Assembly (NCBI GenBank): GCA_010909165.1
Contig: VJWM01000016.1
Coordinates: forward strand, 806,001-870,000
DNA length: 64,000 nt
DNA from: Anthoceros angustus
Taxonomy: Eukaryota > Plantae > Anthocerotophyta
Direction of reading: 5' to 3'
In this document: piece by piece, positions 24,054-38,094 of the stretch
Numbering within the stretch: the stretch's first letter is position 1
Layout: each line of letters begins with the position of its first letter
Program-made: the position numbers and the translations under genes
Notes under the pieces: model-generated
The model's database searches: none
The model's input: the letters and a program-made list of their open reading frames with translations, nothing else
Told to the model about the DNA's origin: nothing

Positions 24054-25948
24054 ATGGACACCACCGTTGAGCTCCTGACAGAGCAAGAATCCGCCGTGTA
24101 CGATCGCCAAATTCGGGTGTGGGGAGTTGATGCTCAGAGACGGTGCGTGTCTAACAGGATCTGTCATGCCATGCCGGGATATTGATGGTTGGCGGGTTTT
24201 CAATTGTGCTCCTGATGCTGCAGGCTAGGCAAGGCCCGGGTGCTGGTGGTGGGAATTACGGGGGTTGTTGCGGAGGTGAGACTTTTCGTTTCTTGCAGCT
24301 GCTGCGACTTCACGGTTGTCTGACACGGCAATTGGTGGCATTGCCATGGTTGACTTCTGCTTCTCCTGCGGTGTCTGGTGTTGTGTGGGTTGCTCGGTGA
24401 TGCTCCGAAATGCTGCAGACGTGCAAGAACATTGTGCTAGCAGGAGTCGGGGCTGTGACGTTGCTGGATGATGCGCCAGTCACTCTGGCTGCAGCGCAGT
24501 CCAACTTCCTCATCCCGTGGGAAGAGCTCGATCGCTCTGGGCAGACTATTGGTGCCGTTTGTGCCGATTCTTTGAAGGATTTCAACCCTATGGTGAAGGT
24601 GTCAGTGGTGACAGGTGAGTGGCCTCCCTCTACTTGTTACAGCTTTCCCCTTCTGTCAGCTCAGGACCGATGCCAGCGATGATGATGTCAAGTAGGGATG
24701 CAGGTGGCGTTGCCGAGAAGCCTGATGAGTTCTGGGACAGCTACGATGCAGTAGTTCTTGGGCGTGTTCCTCTGGATCTCAGGGTTTGGTGCTTAGTCCC
24801 GTTTGTTCTTCAGCTTGTCTGTTGTTCTGGTGCCCTGTCTGTCTCAGGGTGCTAAGTAGCAGGACTGACCCCCGGATGTGTAACTTGTGTGGCAGATTCG
24901 CATCAACTCCGTCTGCCGGCATCGGCCAAAAAAAGTCGCTTTCTATTGGGTTGAGTGTCGAGGTTCATGTGGAACCATCTTCGTGGATCTGCATAGGCAT
25001 TCATATGCTCCTAAGGTGCTGGGTGCATGCTTCCTATCCACATTTGCTGCTTCTAGCTGTAATGCCTTTCCACTGAGTTCATGCCTGATTTTCTCCTTCT
25101 TCACGCAGAAGGAAGGCGATGCCATGGATGCTATCTCGGAGATAGTGTTTCCAAGCCTCTTGGTTTACTCCTTCTCCCTTTTTGGTTGCTTTGCTTAATT
25201 GTTCTTCCTGACTGGCACCACTGATTTGAGGGTTAAATGCTTGGACAGGAGTCTTTGAGCGTGCAATGGAAAAGCTTACCGAAACGAACCAGCAAACTTT
25301 TCTTTGCCATGAGAGGTACTGCTGATAGGCGTGTGGAACTGAATTTGGCACCTGTAACCTTGTGTTGTACAACTTTACATTCTGTTATCATGCAACGCGA
25401 ATATCGAGAACTCATTCTGACCCAATCCTTGGCTCACAACTGGGTTCTTCAGTCATCGAAGAATTTGAGCAGGGTAAGGCAAATGAACCCAGCCACGATG
25501 GAGCTGCTGGAATACAAACTTTCAGCAAGATACTGTGCAAGGCCCAGGCAAGTCTTCTGGCAGGTTCTACCAGAACTCTAACAGCTCTCAGAAAGGTTTT
25601 GTAGTTCAGAAAGCTTAAAAAGTGTGGTCACACTCTTCTCCTGCAGGGAGTTTCGGAGTCCCTAGTTCCTGAATCTCTTCTGCGAAGAATACTCAGTGCA
25701 GGCACCAGAGAGCTACCCCCGGTTTGTGCCATCCTGGGCGGTATTTTAGGACAGGTCAGAAACTTCCTTTAAGTCTTTTGGGATGCTGTCCGTTGCGTAA
25801 CGTGTGGTCTTGCTGAACTATTTGTGCTCTTGCCTCACAGGAAATATTGAGGGCTGTGTCGGGTAAAGGAGAACCCCTTAGAAACTTCTTCTTCTTTGAT
25901 GCTCACGATGGGAAGGGTGTCATCGAGGCCATCCTACCAGCTGTATGA
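24054..25948 (+). CDS. SAE1: SUMO-activating enzyme subunit 1, about 10 exons
   Basis: LTEQESAVYDRQIRVWGVDAQRR, KNIVLAGVGAVTLLDD, SLKDFNPMVKV, ELPPVCAILGGILGQ|EILRAVSGKGEPLRNFFFFDAHDGKG. Consistent GT-AG introns. Confidence 0.93.
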
Positions 25949-26307
25949 TGTGGGTCGGATTCATATGTGTCCCTTCGTGACTTGTCTGGCCTAGGGTTCT
26001 GTAAGTCAGGAATGGCGAAGGGACAAAAACTCGTAACTGGAAAGTGAGTGATTCGGTTGGGAAATCTCTTTGGGTTTTATTATCTTGTCTACCTATTTTG
26101 TGGATACGGCTGACAATGAAACAACCACGTTTTTCCACAAACGTGCGTTGAAATTTGGGTGCCTGATATTACATAGTAGGCAAGTGAGCACCTATCTATG
26201 TACATTTTACATGTAATGCGCGCCGGATACATCGCTCGCGTCCGAGGTTGTAAGTGTGAAGCACCGCCAGCATGCAAGCTCGCTAGCACTGTGGTGGTGC
26301 GGCAACG

Positions 26308-29300
26308 ATGGCTGCGGCGGAAGTGGCTGCGCTACCGCTAGGCGCTCCAGTGGCGGTGGAAGTAGAGCCTCAAGCCAGTTCTTCACCAGATGCGAAGAAG
26401 GATGACAATTGGCGGCCCGCGCCTGAGCAGCCCCAGCCTCTGAGGGAGGCATTCGTCCAGAACGCAGTGAATTTTCTCTCGCACCCGAAAGTGAAGGGCT
26501 CCAGCGTGCAGCATCGCCTCAAATTCTTAGAGACCAAGGGCCTCACCAAGGACGAGATTGATGAAGCCTTTAGGCGAGTTCCGGTGTGTAAATCGGCATT
26601 CCCTTGTCTGATCAAGGAATGATTTTGCCTGTTGAAAGCAAGGGGATGACCGGTGCACGCATCGCAAGTCATGGTTCAATTCGGCGTGCTGATTTTGATG
26701 TTGTGATCGAGAGCAATGTAGGTGCACTGACGGGGCTCCTTTGTGCTGTAGGATCCACCCTCAGCTACCACGGCCATTCCACTCGCACCTCGAGGTACTT
26801 GGTAGATCAAATTTGGTTGTCATCTCCACATTTGATAACTGTGAGGAGGCGGCTGAGGTAGGCAGTCTTGTATGAGCAGAATCAGCTGTATCCGGAGCTG
26901 CACCTGGCTACCAGATTGCACCTGGCTACCAGATTGCACCTGCTTCCCAAGTTGGACCTCTAGCGCAAGCGCTCCCCACTCAGCAGCAGCAGCTAGCGTT
27001 AGCGCCGAAGCGGCCGGGATGGACACAAATGGTTGTGGCGGTTGGCGTGCTTGCTTGTGCTGGTGCTGGCACTGGTGTGTTGGTCAAGGTAGGGTCTTAT
27101 GAACTTCCTCGGGTGCTCTTTCCAGGTTATTGATTTTGAGCTTGGTTTTACTGTAAGGTGTTCGTGATTTTGTGCATGGTGCGGTCATTGTTCGCAGAGG
27201 TGGCTGATTCCGAAGTTGAAGAACTGGATTCGACGCGTCGCACTTGATGGAACACCTGAGCAAAAGAAAGCGGCCCAGGAAGATGATGCTGCAAATGTGT
27301 CAGCAGTGACAGCAACTGCTGCTGCTGTGGCAGCGGCTGCCTCTGAGGTGGCAGCAGCGACACAAGAGATTGTTCGCTCCCGGGTTGAAGGTTGTTGCTT
27401 TTAAGCCCTCGCTGCTGCTTCCAGCTAATACTAGGTACTTACCCTCGCAATGCTCATTCCTTTGCTCCATGCCACAGAGCGGGAGTATCGGAACGAGTTT
27501 ATTAATGCACTGGACGCACGGACAACCAGCCTGAAGGCAGCCCTGACTGTCGTGCAAGAGGCAATGCAAAATATCGAGGCATCACGACAGGTTTCACCAG
27601 ATTCCCGTGACCTTCTTAGAGACCGGGTAAACACAGGTTCCGAGAGTTTCAACTGGGCAGCTCGGCCAGGTTGGTTCATTATGCGGATTGTGATTGTCAT
27701 TCAAATGGTTGCCTGTAGAAAATATAGCTCACGTCTGTTTATGGGCACAGTTGCGGCAACCAACTTTGAAGCTCAATATGCAGCCAGGAATTCCATCGTA
27801 AAGGTGTGGTGCTTCTCGTCGAATAACCGATTCATCAACCATATCTCATTCACTGTTCTCTTTCTGGAACATTTACACTCAGCTGTTCGTGTTTTCTGTG
27901 TGTTTTATGTGTCTAGTCTGCCAAGGGTGGCCTCGCAACAGAGCTACACAGGCCTTCATCCGGCCATCATGTGCAGACAGGTTTAATTTGTGAAAAGTCT
28001 TTTCTTGGGTTCATATATTGAGTAAAGATCAATTCATCCGACTTCAGTGGGAGATACAGCTGCTGGGACAGCTTATTCCAACTTGATGTGCGTCTGCCTG
28101 TGCAGCAAACCTATTGCGCGGCGCTGGGATGCATGGTCCTTCAAGAATGGATGAGGTTTGTCCAGTCATGAAGGCTTTGAAGTGTCTTGAATGATGGGTG
28201 GGTGGGCCACTGTTTGTGTTTGACTGCCACCTCTTATGTCGGACTTCACTTTAGATTGGCTTGGCTACCTTGGTTTCTCTTGAGCCTCACAACTTCCCTT
28301 TCAGTGGTGTTTTCTTTGGTCCTTGAAAGAAGCATATCCTAGCACCCAGTCAGCTTTTGTGGTATTCGTCTAGTTTTCATCACCTGAATGTGAGAGCAAA
28401 GTTGACCGAGGTAGTAGTAGCCATCATGCTAGGCAGCATGTAGTAAGAACGGCTTTCTGTTTGATTTTGAGCTTGGTTTTACTGTAAGGTGTTCGTGATT
28501 TTGTGCATGGTGCGGTCATTGTTCGCAGAGGTGGCTGATTCCGAAGTTGAAGAACTGGATTCGACGCGTCGCACTTGATGGAACACCTGAGCAAAAGAAA
28601 GCGGCCCAGGAAGATGATGCTGCAAATGTGTCAGCAGTGACAGCAACTGCTGCTGCTGTGGCAGCTGCCTCTGAGGTGGCAGCAGCAGCGACACAAGAGA
28701 TTATTCGCTCCGGGTTGAAGGTTGTTGCTTTTAAGCCCTCGCTGCTGCTTCCAGCTAATACTAGGTACTTACCCTCGCAATGCTCATTCCTTTGCTCCAT
28801 GCCACAGAGCGGGAGTATCGGAACGAGTTTATTAATGCACTGGACGCACGGACAACCAGCCTGAAGGCAGCCCTGACTGTCGTGCAAGAGGCAATGCAAA
28901 ATATCGAGGCATCACGACAGGTTTCACCAGATTCCCGTGACCTTCTTAGAGACCGGGTAAACACAGGTTCGAGAGTTTCAACTGGGCAGCTCAGCCAGGT
29001 TGGTTCATTATGCGGATTGTGATTGTCATTCAAATGGTTGCCTGTAGAAAATATAGCTCACGTCTGTTTATGGGCACAGTTGCGGCAACCAACTTTGAAG
29101 CTCAATATGCAGCCAGGAATTCCATCGTAAAGGTGTGGTGCTTCTCGTCGAATAACCGATTCATCAACCATATCTCATTCACTGTTCTCTTTCTGGAACA
29201 TTTACACTCAGCTGTTCGTGTTTTTCTGTGTGTTTTTATGTGTCTAGTCTGCCAAGGGTGGCCTCGCAACAGAGCTACACAGGCCTTCATCCGGCCATCA

Positions 29301-30757
29301 TGTGCAGACAGGTTTAATTTGTGAAAAGTCTTTTCTTGGGTTCATATATTGAGTAAAGATCAATTCATCCGACTTCAGTGGGAGATACAGCTGCTGGGAC
29401 AGCTTATTCCAACTTGATGTGCGTCTGCCTGTGCAGCAAACCTATTGCGCGGCGCTGGGATGCATGGTCCTTCAAGAATGGATGAGGTTTGTCCAGTCAT
29501 GAAGGCTTTGAAGTGTCTTGAATGATGGGTGGGTGGGCCACTGTTTGTGTTTGACTGCCACCTCTTATGTCGGACTTCACTTTAGATTGGCTTGGCTACC
29601 TTGGTTTCTCTTGAGCCTCACAACTTCCCTTTCAGTGGTGTTTTCTTTGGTCCTTGAAAGAAGCATATCCTAGCACCCAGTCAGCTTTTTGTGGTATTCG
29701 TCTAGTTTTCATCACCTGAATGTGAGAGCAAAGTTGACCGAGGTAGTAGTAGCCATCATGCTAGGCAGCATGTAGTAAGAACGGCTTTCTGTTTGATTTG
29801 AGTCCAGGTTGTGGCAAAGTTGGAGCGAGGTGAACCTTTTCCTGATATACGGGTATGCTATCCTGAAATTTGAGCTGGAGCTGTGGTGTGACGACAAGTT
29901 CTAGTATGTTTGCACTTCACTGCCAAACAGCTGAGATCAACCGATTGGATGGAGTGCAGGCTGTTGATGACAAACCTCCCAATCCCATGCAAGAGCCATC
30001 ATCCCCTAAGTTGCAACCCAGGCAAAAGGTCTGTAATGTGTGGACTCCTTACAAAGGGCAAAATGGGTATCTGATTAGTGGTCGTACTGCTAGGCAATCT
30101 CTCCTGATTGTGTCATGGCAACAAGGTCTCTGGTCTCGTTTACTGGTTTCTAGTGATTTCAAGTGCTCTACCAACCAGCTAGGCATGTTCTGACATGGTT
30201 TTTCTCTACTGTTCGCATGACTCTTTTTTTGGCAGCCTTGGGAAGTAGCTGTATCAGCAGCCCTGAAACCTCGTGAACCTGACACGCTTTCTATTGGGCA
30301 GTCTGCTATGGTTAGCGAGAGACTTGATGCTGTCGATTGGCCTTCCTCTTCGTGGGCAGCTGGATCTGTCTACCCTTCCGCTGAAGGGCCTTCCTCTTCG
30401 TGGGCAGCTGGACCAGCTGCTGGCATAACTGAACAGGATTCTGCTGGGCGTGGGAAGCACTCTTCCACGGAAATTGGAGTCCGGACCAACAGTCCAGGCC
30501 CAGTAGGCAAGAGGTGGGTTCCCCCACCCATGCCACCAAGTGCCCTACCAGCGCTCATCTCCTCTGCTCAGCTGGATGGAGAGCGAGTGGAGTCTGGCGT
30601 TGCCTCGTCTGAAGTTCCAACAGCTGTAAAGCAGGAGCCGGTCGACAAGTTCGAGGCAGCGGTGACGATTCCAGCAGCTGGAGACAGCCCAGGACAAGCA
30701 GAAGCTGCCCCGGAGAGTGATAATCCTCACGAGAGCGGAGGCGCAGGATCAGCGTAG
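26308..30757 (+). CDS. PEX14: Peroxisomal membrane protein PEX14, multi-exon, with an internal tandem duplication of five exons
   Basis: Pex14_N motif LREAFVQNAVNFLSHPKVKGSS..RLKFLETKGLTKDEIDEAFRRVP, AVGVLACAGAGTG, IPKLKNWIRRV, KLERGEPFPDIR|AVDDKPPNP, KPW, WVPPPMPP. Confidence 0.9.
27130..29802 (+). repeat. Near-identical tandem duplication (27130-28460 / 28461-29792, ~1331 bp) inside PEX14
   Basis: Direct comparison. ttgattt(t)gag occurs at 27130, 28461 and 29793. Copies differ mostly by 1-bp homopolymer indels. Confidence 0.95.
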
Positions 30758-30767
30758 AAAGTTCGAG

Positions 30768-30858
30768 AGCTAGGAGATTGAACACTGGGATCAGCTAGGA
30801 GAAAGAACAATGGGATCAGCTAGGAGATTGAACAATGGGATCAGCTAGGAGACCGAAC
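30768..30858 (+). repeat. About 4 x 25-bp minisatellite just after the PEX14 stop
   Basis: Unit gctaggaga(tt/aa/cc)gaaca(c/a)tgggatca. Confidence 0.85.
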
Positions 30859-31334
30859 GATGAGAGGACAATCGTTCATCTGGGAGACAATGAAGGCGAA
30901 AATTGCTTGACATAGGAGATGGGAAGCTGGCGGTGGTGATCTCGAGATTGAACCAATGGTGGGATACTCGGTCCCTTGCTCTCCGTCTGTGAAAGGCGAG
31001 GTGAAGCGTCTCCGCATGTACGAATGATGGACAGAGCTGAACAAGCTCGGCAACATTACCTACCATCAAAGTTGAAGCATGATCGGAGATTTGGTTTTGA
31101 AAGATAAGCAGTGCTTCGTGCGGTCATTGTGGAGAAAGGAGAAATTGAACCTGTGCTCTTCGTCTGTAATGGGAAAAGTGAAGCGCCTACGCATGTACGC
31201 GTGATTAACACACTTAATCAAGGTCCCAATCACCTAACAGACTGGTGTGGAATAGTACGGGCACGAAATGATTCGGAATTTTTTATGTTAACCCCGGATG
31301 GATTTTACGTGTCTTTTCTTTCCTTAAGGCGTTT

Positions 31335-31986
31335 AGTAACACTCCCTTTTCAGCGAGGTGCGTTGTTGCTGCTGTTTATTCCAGCAAGAGTCAGTAAGAA
31401 TACATGAGAGATGATAGAGAGCTCCCCATCTTTGCCTAACCTAAAAACTTAGCTCTCTCCCCTCGATCTCCTCTTCAAACAGCTTTCTTCTAGCACGCTC
31501 ACACTCTAGGCTTCCAAAGCCTTTAGACACGTTAGTCCTATCCTCACAAGAGTGTAGCTCCAAATGCTAGGATCACAGGATGCTCCTCCCTAGGGCTAGC
31601 CTCATCTCCTTTTACAGGGAGGCTTACATCATTCTCAAAGTAAATGCCTAAAGCAGACTTTCTTTCTTAAGCCTTAAGCTAAGTCTTACCACCACTACTT
31701 ACAACTTACTAAACTGGATCCAGCAGCCATGAATCTAGTCTAGTAAGTTATGTGATTAGTGGTAATAAGGCTTAAATGAGGCCCTGAATCATGTTTAGTA
31801 AGTTATGTGACTAGTGCTAGTCAGGCTTAGTTTAGGGCTTGAAGAAGATAGTCTGCGTAAGGCAGTTACTTGGGGAACGATGTAAGGCTCCTAATTAGGG
31901 GTAAGGCGAGCTCTAGATGGGTCATCCTAGTATTGATCCTAGTACTGGGGCCATATTCTTGTGAGGCTAGGTTGTGGAAGCCTAAA
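31335..31986. mobile_element. Two head-to-head pieces of the solo-LTR family (31335-~31725 like copy A; ~31735-31986 inverted), the second split by the DNA transposon
   Basis: Starts AGTAACACTCCCTTTT (family terminus). The orientation switches near 31730, and the inverted piece continues at 43583. Confidence 0.75.
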
Positions 31987-34349
31987 AACAAGGTCTCCTA
32001 AGACCTGGAGACACACCCCTCTTTTTAGAGACAGAGGTCGAAATGACCAAATTTTACATTTGAAATCAAATCAAATCGTGATTTCGTGGGTTTTCGACAC
32101 AAGGGTCAAAAACACACATCGCAGATAACCAGGTTTTCATAACACCATTTCTAGCTTTATCATGCCATTTGATCTTGCAAATAATGGTCCTCGGTTGGAT
32201 CAAGTTTGAAAATACCCGCGTTTTCAGCACTTTCAAGGACACTTTTCCAAAATCGGTTAGTCTTTCAAAATCGCCAAGTTTGTGACGCTTTTTGAATATA
32301 TGTACTAAGGGTCAAAGTCCAGACGAGACTAATGTTGTGGATACATTTCATTTCCTTCACATGCCCCTCATGTCCAGACATCCCCCGAACGGTGTCTTTA
32401 AATATGTGGCAACGTGAAAGTTCAAGTTCAATATGTCTCTACATGTCACTATACATAATACAACAAATGCATCAACACATGTCATTTGGTATCCAAGTGG
32501 TGAATTAGATGTATAATTTAGCCAAATGTAAACTAACTAATCGCCTTCTACGCATTTGCCATCCGAAATACACGACACAAGGCGAGCTTAAAACCCGAAC
32601 ACACATCACTAGACCAGACAGTAGGAGCCAGTGATTTACTTCACTTATAAAAGGGATAGCTTAAACACCGCCAAGTCTTGTCATGAGCAGTCGAGCAGGA
32701 CAAGGCGAAAGAAAACAGTTGGCCAAAACCCGGATGTCCGGTGAGCACCAGCCCACACAATGCCCATATTGACCATGCTTTAAACGATGTACCCCACGTC
32801 AAAGACCAAAGTGTGTGTAAAGGATTCAACAAAAGCACTATTCCCGATTGAGTGAGCATCTGTTGCGAGAAACCAAAACCAATAGTGCTCATTCCTAGGC
32901 TAGTCTCCGAAGCTGTACACTCTCTACGCCTGAATGCACCACCTGAACAAGAAACCAACACTAGCGGCAGTCAAACCAGATGTGCCATTTGCTTTTGCAT
33001 CAACACCATCAAATATCCGCAGAGAACACAACCACAAGCAACGATGTAAACATCGATTCGGTAATCTCGAAGGCGAAACCATACTTGCCATCCTCACTCG
33101 GGCTCGGCCTTCACGGTCGCTCCCTCCACGCCAAGGCCTTGGCTTTTCCTGCGACCATCACTGTGGCTAGCTCCCTCGCCTCCTTCTCGCCCATACGTCG
33201 TCTTGACATCCAACTCCTCCAGACAACTCCGCATCTCCGGCTTCACCGCCAAATATGGTCTCGAATCTTGTAGCTCCCTTTTCATTGTCTTCACCTCCTC
33301 CCGGCAAGTGAGAGGTCACGGGTTATATCCCTTGGCTTTCCACCCTCATCCCCTCGGGAAGGGTCCACACCCCTAGCGGCTCCCTTAAGGCCACCGACAC
33401 CCACCTCCCCTTGAACCAACAGGCTTGGGGTGAGGAAAGCAGGTGCCAGGCGGATCGCAGCGACATTGCCTCGCGTGTTGGACCCCTGAGGCCCCGAGGA
33501 GGTCTTCCTCCTAGCCCTCTTCTGCGATGTCGTGAGATGTCACCGTGGGGTGACGTAGCCGCCTCGTTCTCATCGCAATCGTGGAGAACTAGCCGCACAA
33601 AGGCGGGTGCCACAAGTCCGAGGTTAGTAGCGGCGGCTCTGACCAGCAGGCGAAGCGAGCACCGGCCAGGCGAGCGGTGCGCCCGGCCTGGCACCACCAG
33701 GCGAAGCCTTTTGCTGTTCCAATCTCCGATAGCGCTGCAAATGGTCCTCCTCAACCAACACGCACCACTCGCCACCCAAGGCCACCACGCCCCGCTCACC
33801 CCCAGTGGCACTCAGTAGCCAGATCGCCAACCACGGCAAGCGCAGCTCTTGGAGCGTGATGGAAAATAAAAGAAGAGTGAGGGCAAGAGGGGGAGTACCG
33901 GCCGGAGGAGGGTTTACGCTCGGTCTCTCCCCATTCCTTCCCATCCTACATACAATTGTCGAAGCGCCACACTGCGGCCGAAAAAAGTACACGGGCCATA
34001 CACCGACAAGTGTGAAACCTTACAAAAACATGATACGTGTTACAAGCTGTGCCGGATGTCCGGTGGAGAAGCCACGAGACTCAACCACATTTGCCAACAC
34101 TCCAAAAGCACACATCCTAATAAAACAAACCACCTTCACATAACTAGAAATCACCGTCTATGACCTCAGCTCTCTCCCGACCAACATCAAAATTCTGAAT
34201 TCTAGGTGGGTTAGGATCTGGCTCCTCACCGGAGTCCACACCGCCATCAAGTCCACCAAATAATCAACAGATGCATCAGAGGATTCAATGTTGTCCAGGT
34301 CTTCCGAATCAATCCGCTCATCACCAGTTTCATCACCATCACAGGAGGA

Positions 34350-37198
34350 AGCACCGCTTCCTCACTAGGCTCGCCGTAACTCAAAGACCTTCCTCTTCAA
34401 CATATCCATGGTGTTTTTGCTTAAAGTCCTGCTCCTCGTCAACACAAAATCGTAACCCATGATCGTGGTCTCCAAAAGCTTGATGGCTTGGACATGTTTC
34501 TTCAAAGGATTCCGCGCCTACCTTTCCGTGACTGGTGGGTACTGCACCCATTCCTCCGAGTACCTACCCTCAAGTGCATTAGGGTTTTCTGCGCCACCGG
34601 TGGATTTGTGCTAGCGGGTCGGCTTCATGGTCCACCTCCACAACCTTGCCTAGCAGAAGGCCCTCGGGGTCATCTGCGGCTGGACCGCAATCATCATGCC
34701 CGCTTGGATCTCGATAGATCCTCGGCTTGTTGTTCCAACCGTTCCGCCTAGCGGCGATCCTGCGGCACCGATAAATCTCTCGGTCCTGTCCAAATATTCG
34801 TCTTGCTAGTGCTGCATCCACCACTACTTCGTCCGGAAACATCACGGGAGGTTCTTGAGCATGCGCTTCCCGGTTATACCATGTCCATGCCATTTCCAAT
34901 GGACGAAGATGACCTGACGCTACTAAACCCGCTATTGCCAACTGCTCCTCCCAAAAACCATCCCACCAAGATAGCTGCAACGCATTGAAGATTTCTGTGG
35001 AAGTTCTTAACTGTCTATTGTCTTCCACTCCAGCCATAGCCTCGGGACATACATGTGGATGCTCCTTTGCTCCTTGCCCTTCGCCTCACATGCGGTGGTA
35101 CCGGTGGAGCCGCAACAATCTCCTCTCGCACTCCATCCCGTGGTGAACACCACCATCCGGGGTCCATTGTGGTGTGGAAAATTGCTTGCACCTCAAAGAC
35201 CGCCACAAACTCATGACTAGGCAACTCCTCCCGAGTGACCTTAAATTGATGTTGAAAACGTGGTTGTGTAGATCGTTGCGGGGAGAACCTCCGGGCGGCC
35301 ATAAATATTGCTTAAAATCAGGCACCTCCTTCATGAGATGGACCTTCGGCGTAGGAGTACAAGCCCTCTCCAAGCAAGCAATCAACTCCGGCAATGTGTA
35401 TGCCTCTTTCAAGTTCAGCACAACAGAAAAACGGGAAAACATTTGATCAATCGATCATGGGTATGGCCAACAATGAGAAACCCCACTTTAACCTTCTTAA
35501 AAATACCAATGGACACCAACATCGCAATACGCCAACACCTCCTGGTTCTTGTTACGAGCCATTGTATTGTCCATCTGCAGTAAAGAGTTTCGTGCAATTG
35601 CCCTCCCACAAATTAATCACATGCTGGATTACGAATTGTGCCGTTAGGATCATTCCGAATATTGGGTAGCTCGGTACACATAAGTGCGCATGAATTTGTT
35701 GAACACCAAAACCCCAACCACATGGATGTAGATTAGGGCACTATCCACATCTTTGGGCACTCTACGGAAATGAGGCAACTCAGTTTTTTTCTGGTCCATA
35801 CCATCTATCGCAATCCCTATGTACTTGGTCGGTTGAGCCATACACTTCCCGCGATGCTTCGCCATTTTCCTCCGCTCCATCTATTGTTGATCCCGGTGAT
35901 AATTGAGGAGTTCTCTGTTTCTATCTGCACATACAAGGGCCACCATCAGGACACGCACGCGCAACAACGCAAGTGTTCCCCCTGGCCCAAAGTCATCGTG
36001 CCAAACCCTAAGTCTCCTAAGGCCATAGGGTTTGCGCCCTCTACCGATACCACGGCCATCCAATCACCGGACATCCGGTGCTTGATGATAAGGTAGAGGA
36101 TTCTCGGTTGTACCTTGCTCTTTGTCGTTCCCGGCGTTTTTTATTTTAGCTTTTAACTTCTCACAGATAGCACAGACGGAGAAGCGGTTGGATCTTGGTA
36201 TTTTAACAGACCTGAAGTGCCGTATCCACAACTTGCGTAAATAGTAACATACATGTGCGGTAATCGCTCTTGCTGTCTAGCATACTCAATATAAATCTCC
36301 TCCTTCGTGAATGTATCGGTGTTAAAGACTTCCCTATTGGGTAGCCTTTCCACATTTCCTTTGAAAACAAATCCATCCACATTACACTGTAGACCATACG
36401 GTAGGTATTTTTCCGGCCAGGCTCGGCAAACCTCGTCCCCTTCTCAGATGCGAGCATTCTACTGAGTGCCCCAATGCAAAACACACGGCAAAATGCCCTC
36501 ACACACACCGAAACCTTTCCGTGTGGTAGCTTGTTCAACCATCCGGTCACGACACCAGTTTCGTCATCTTCGATCACATCAATCTGGTCCTGCAAATGCT
36601 GTTCCTGCTCCCCCTTACTCATCGAAAAAAAGGCCACGCGACAGGCTTTTAGCCTGCCATGTCCCAACTTTCCTATGCACTTTCTCCCACAGCACTGCCT
36701 CCTCAGGTCTGCACATAGCTTCGCCCGACTACAGTGCTTCGCCAAAACATTGTCCACCTTATTCCTTGCAGCATGGTTCTTGGTGGAACACATAACCCCA
36801 TCCATAGACTGCAACTCCAACCCCCTCGACTTGGGATTAGCAGGGAGCAGCATTTCTGGCAATTCTGCCAGGAGGCCTCGTTCTGCCTCCTCTCCAAACA
36901 GTGCAATCGGATCTCGTACCACATTTGGTCTCCCCCGCCTTCCACTCCCAGAACCTCCTTCACCCACTCCTGCAAACTCCAAACCAAAATCAACAATGCC
37001 ATAGACCTTCTCACCACAGTCCGGCGACTCAGCAACACTCTCTGTTTCCGATTCCGTGCTATTCTCGGTTGTGGCCTGCGGTGAAACACAACGCGTTGAA
37101 AATACTCCTGCGACCCACATGGATCTGTAGGCGCCACCTTGTCTCCCTCTGCGCGGCCAGGACACACCCGCTTGGCCCGGGGATTTGGATCTGGGCAA
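34350..37198 (-). pseudogene. Degenerate DDE/D transposase of the DGMDQ / LQxDN / GHTHxDIDQxFS family (DUF7869-like)
   Basis: Across frameshifts: Cys-rich QCCGRKC...VCVRAFC, KYIGIAIDGMDQKKTELPHF, TLYLQMDNTMARNKNQEVLAY, GIFKKVKVGFLIVGHTHD.IDQMFSRFS, and C-terminal LLLGKVVEV...IHRW. Confidence 0.8.
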
Positions 37199-38094
37199 AA
37201 CATCCTCGCCAACTTCTTCGCACCCGGTGACTTGAACAAGCCAGGGTAAATGGTACCTGGTGCAGGCTGCCGAGGCGGGCCAAGATTGCGGATATCGGGG
37301 GAGGGATATCGAGGGCGCCGCCTCTCTTGTTCACGGCGGCGGGCACGAGCTACCGCCGATCCACATGGTGCAATTTCTTCGCGCGCGCCTCGTTAAGTGT
37401 CCACCAGATCGAACAAAACAAGTCTCCATCGCTTGCGACCTCGTCCGCTATACCACCGCAGGCGGTGTCATCCAAGTCGATGTGTGCCCAGCTTCTTGAC
37501 TACAGACATTCACCGGACGTCCGCGGTTCCCTTGGTTGTCCACTCAAGCGCCGCCAAGTCCACGATGTCGGACTCGGACACATGCCCGAGATCTTCATCG
37601 ATCACTAGTCGCGTTCACCAAATCAAAGAACTCTTCCTCTGCGAGGTCACCGCCATTGCGCTACCAAAGAGTAGAAGAAAGTGCTCACAATGTGCTCGGC
37701 GGGAAGACGCGTAGCTAGACATGTTCAAACTTGTATCCAGCCTCGTGGCCCGCTCGTAATCAATTATGTGATTGGCCGGATGTAAATTGCGGCTCTGATC
37801 CTGAAGTCTCGTTAATTGCCTTATGATTGCAAGGATCGAGGCGAGGAGGTTATGCAAAGGCGAAACATGTTTAGCCGATGGCAAAACATGGAATATTCTC
37901 ATAAATATGCTTTACTACTTGTTTTGCCGATGTGCCTTTGGAGCGCGAATGAAGGCTAAACTTGGCGACGATCGCATTGGATGATTTCCCATGCGAGTGG
38001 AATTGCGAATTGTCACGACGATGCCGAGTCGCTCTCTTGCACATCGTGACCCCACATAGTCATACTACCTTCCTCCACCGCTGGAAGACCGATT

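Noticed and set aside
30768-30858. Short regularly spaced repeats here and at 43992-44090, 44872-44998 and 58772-58839 as CRISPR arrays
   Set aside because: Units are head to tail with no unique spacers, there are no cas genes, and the context is eukaryotic.
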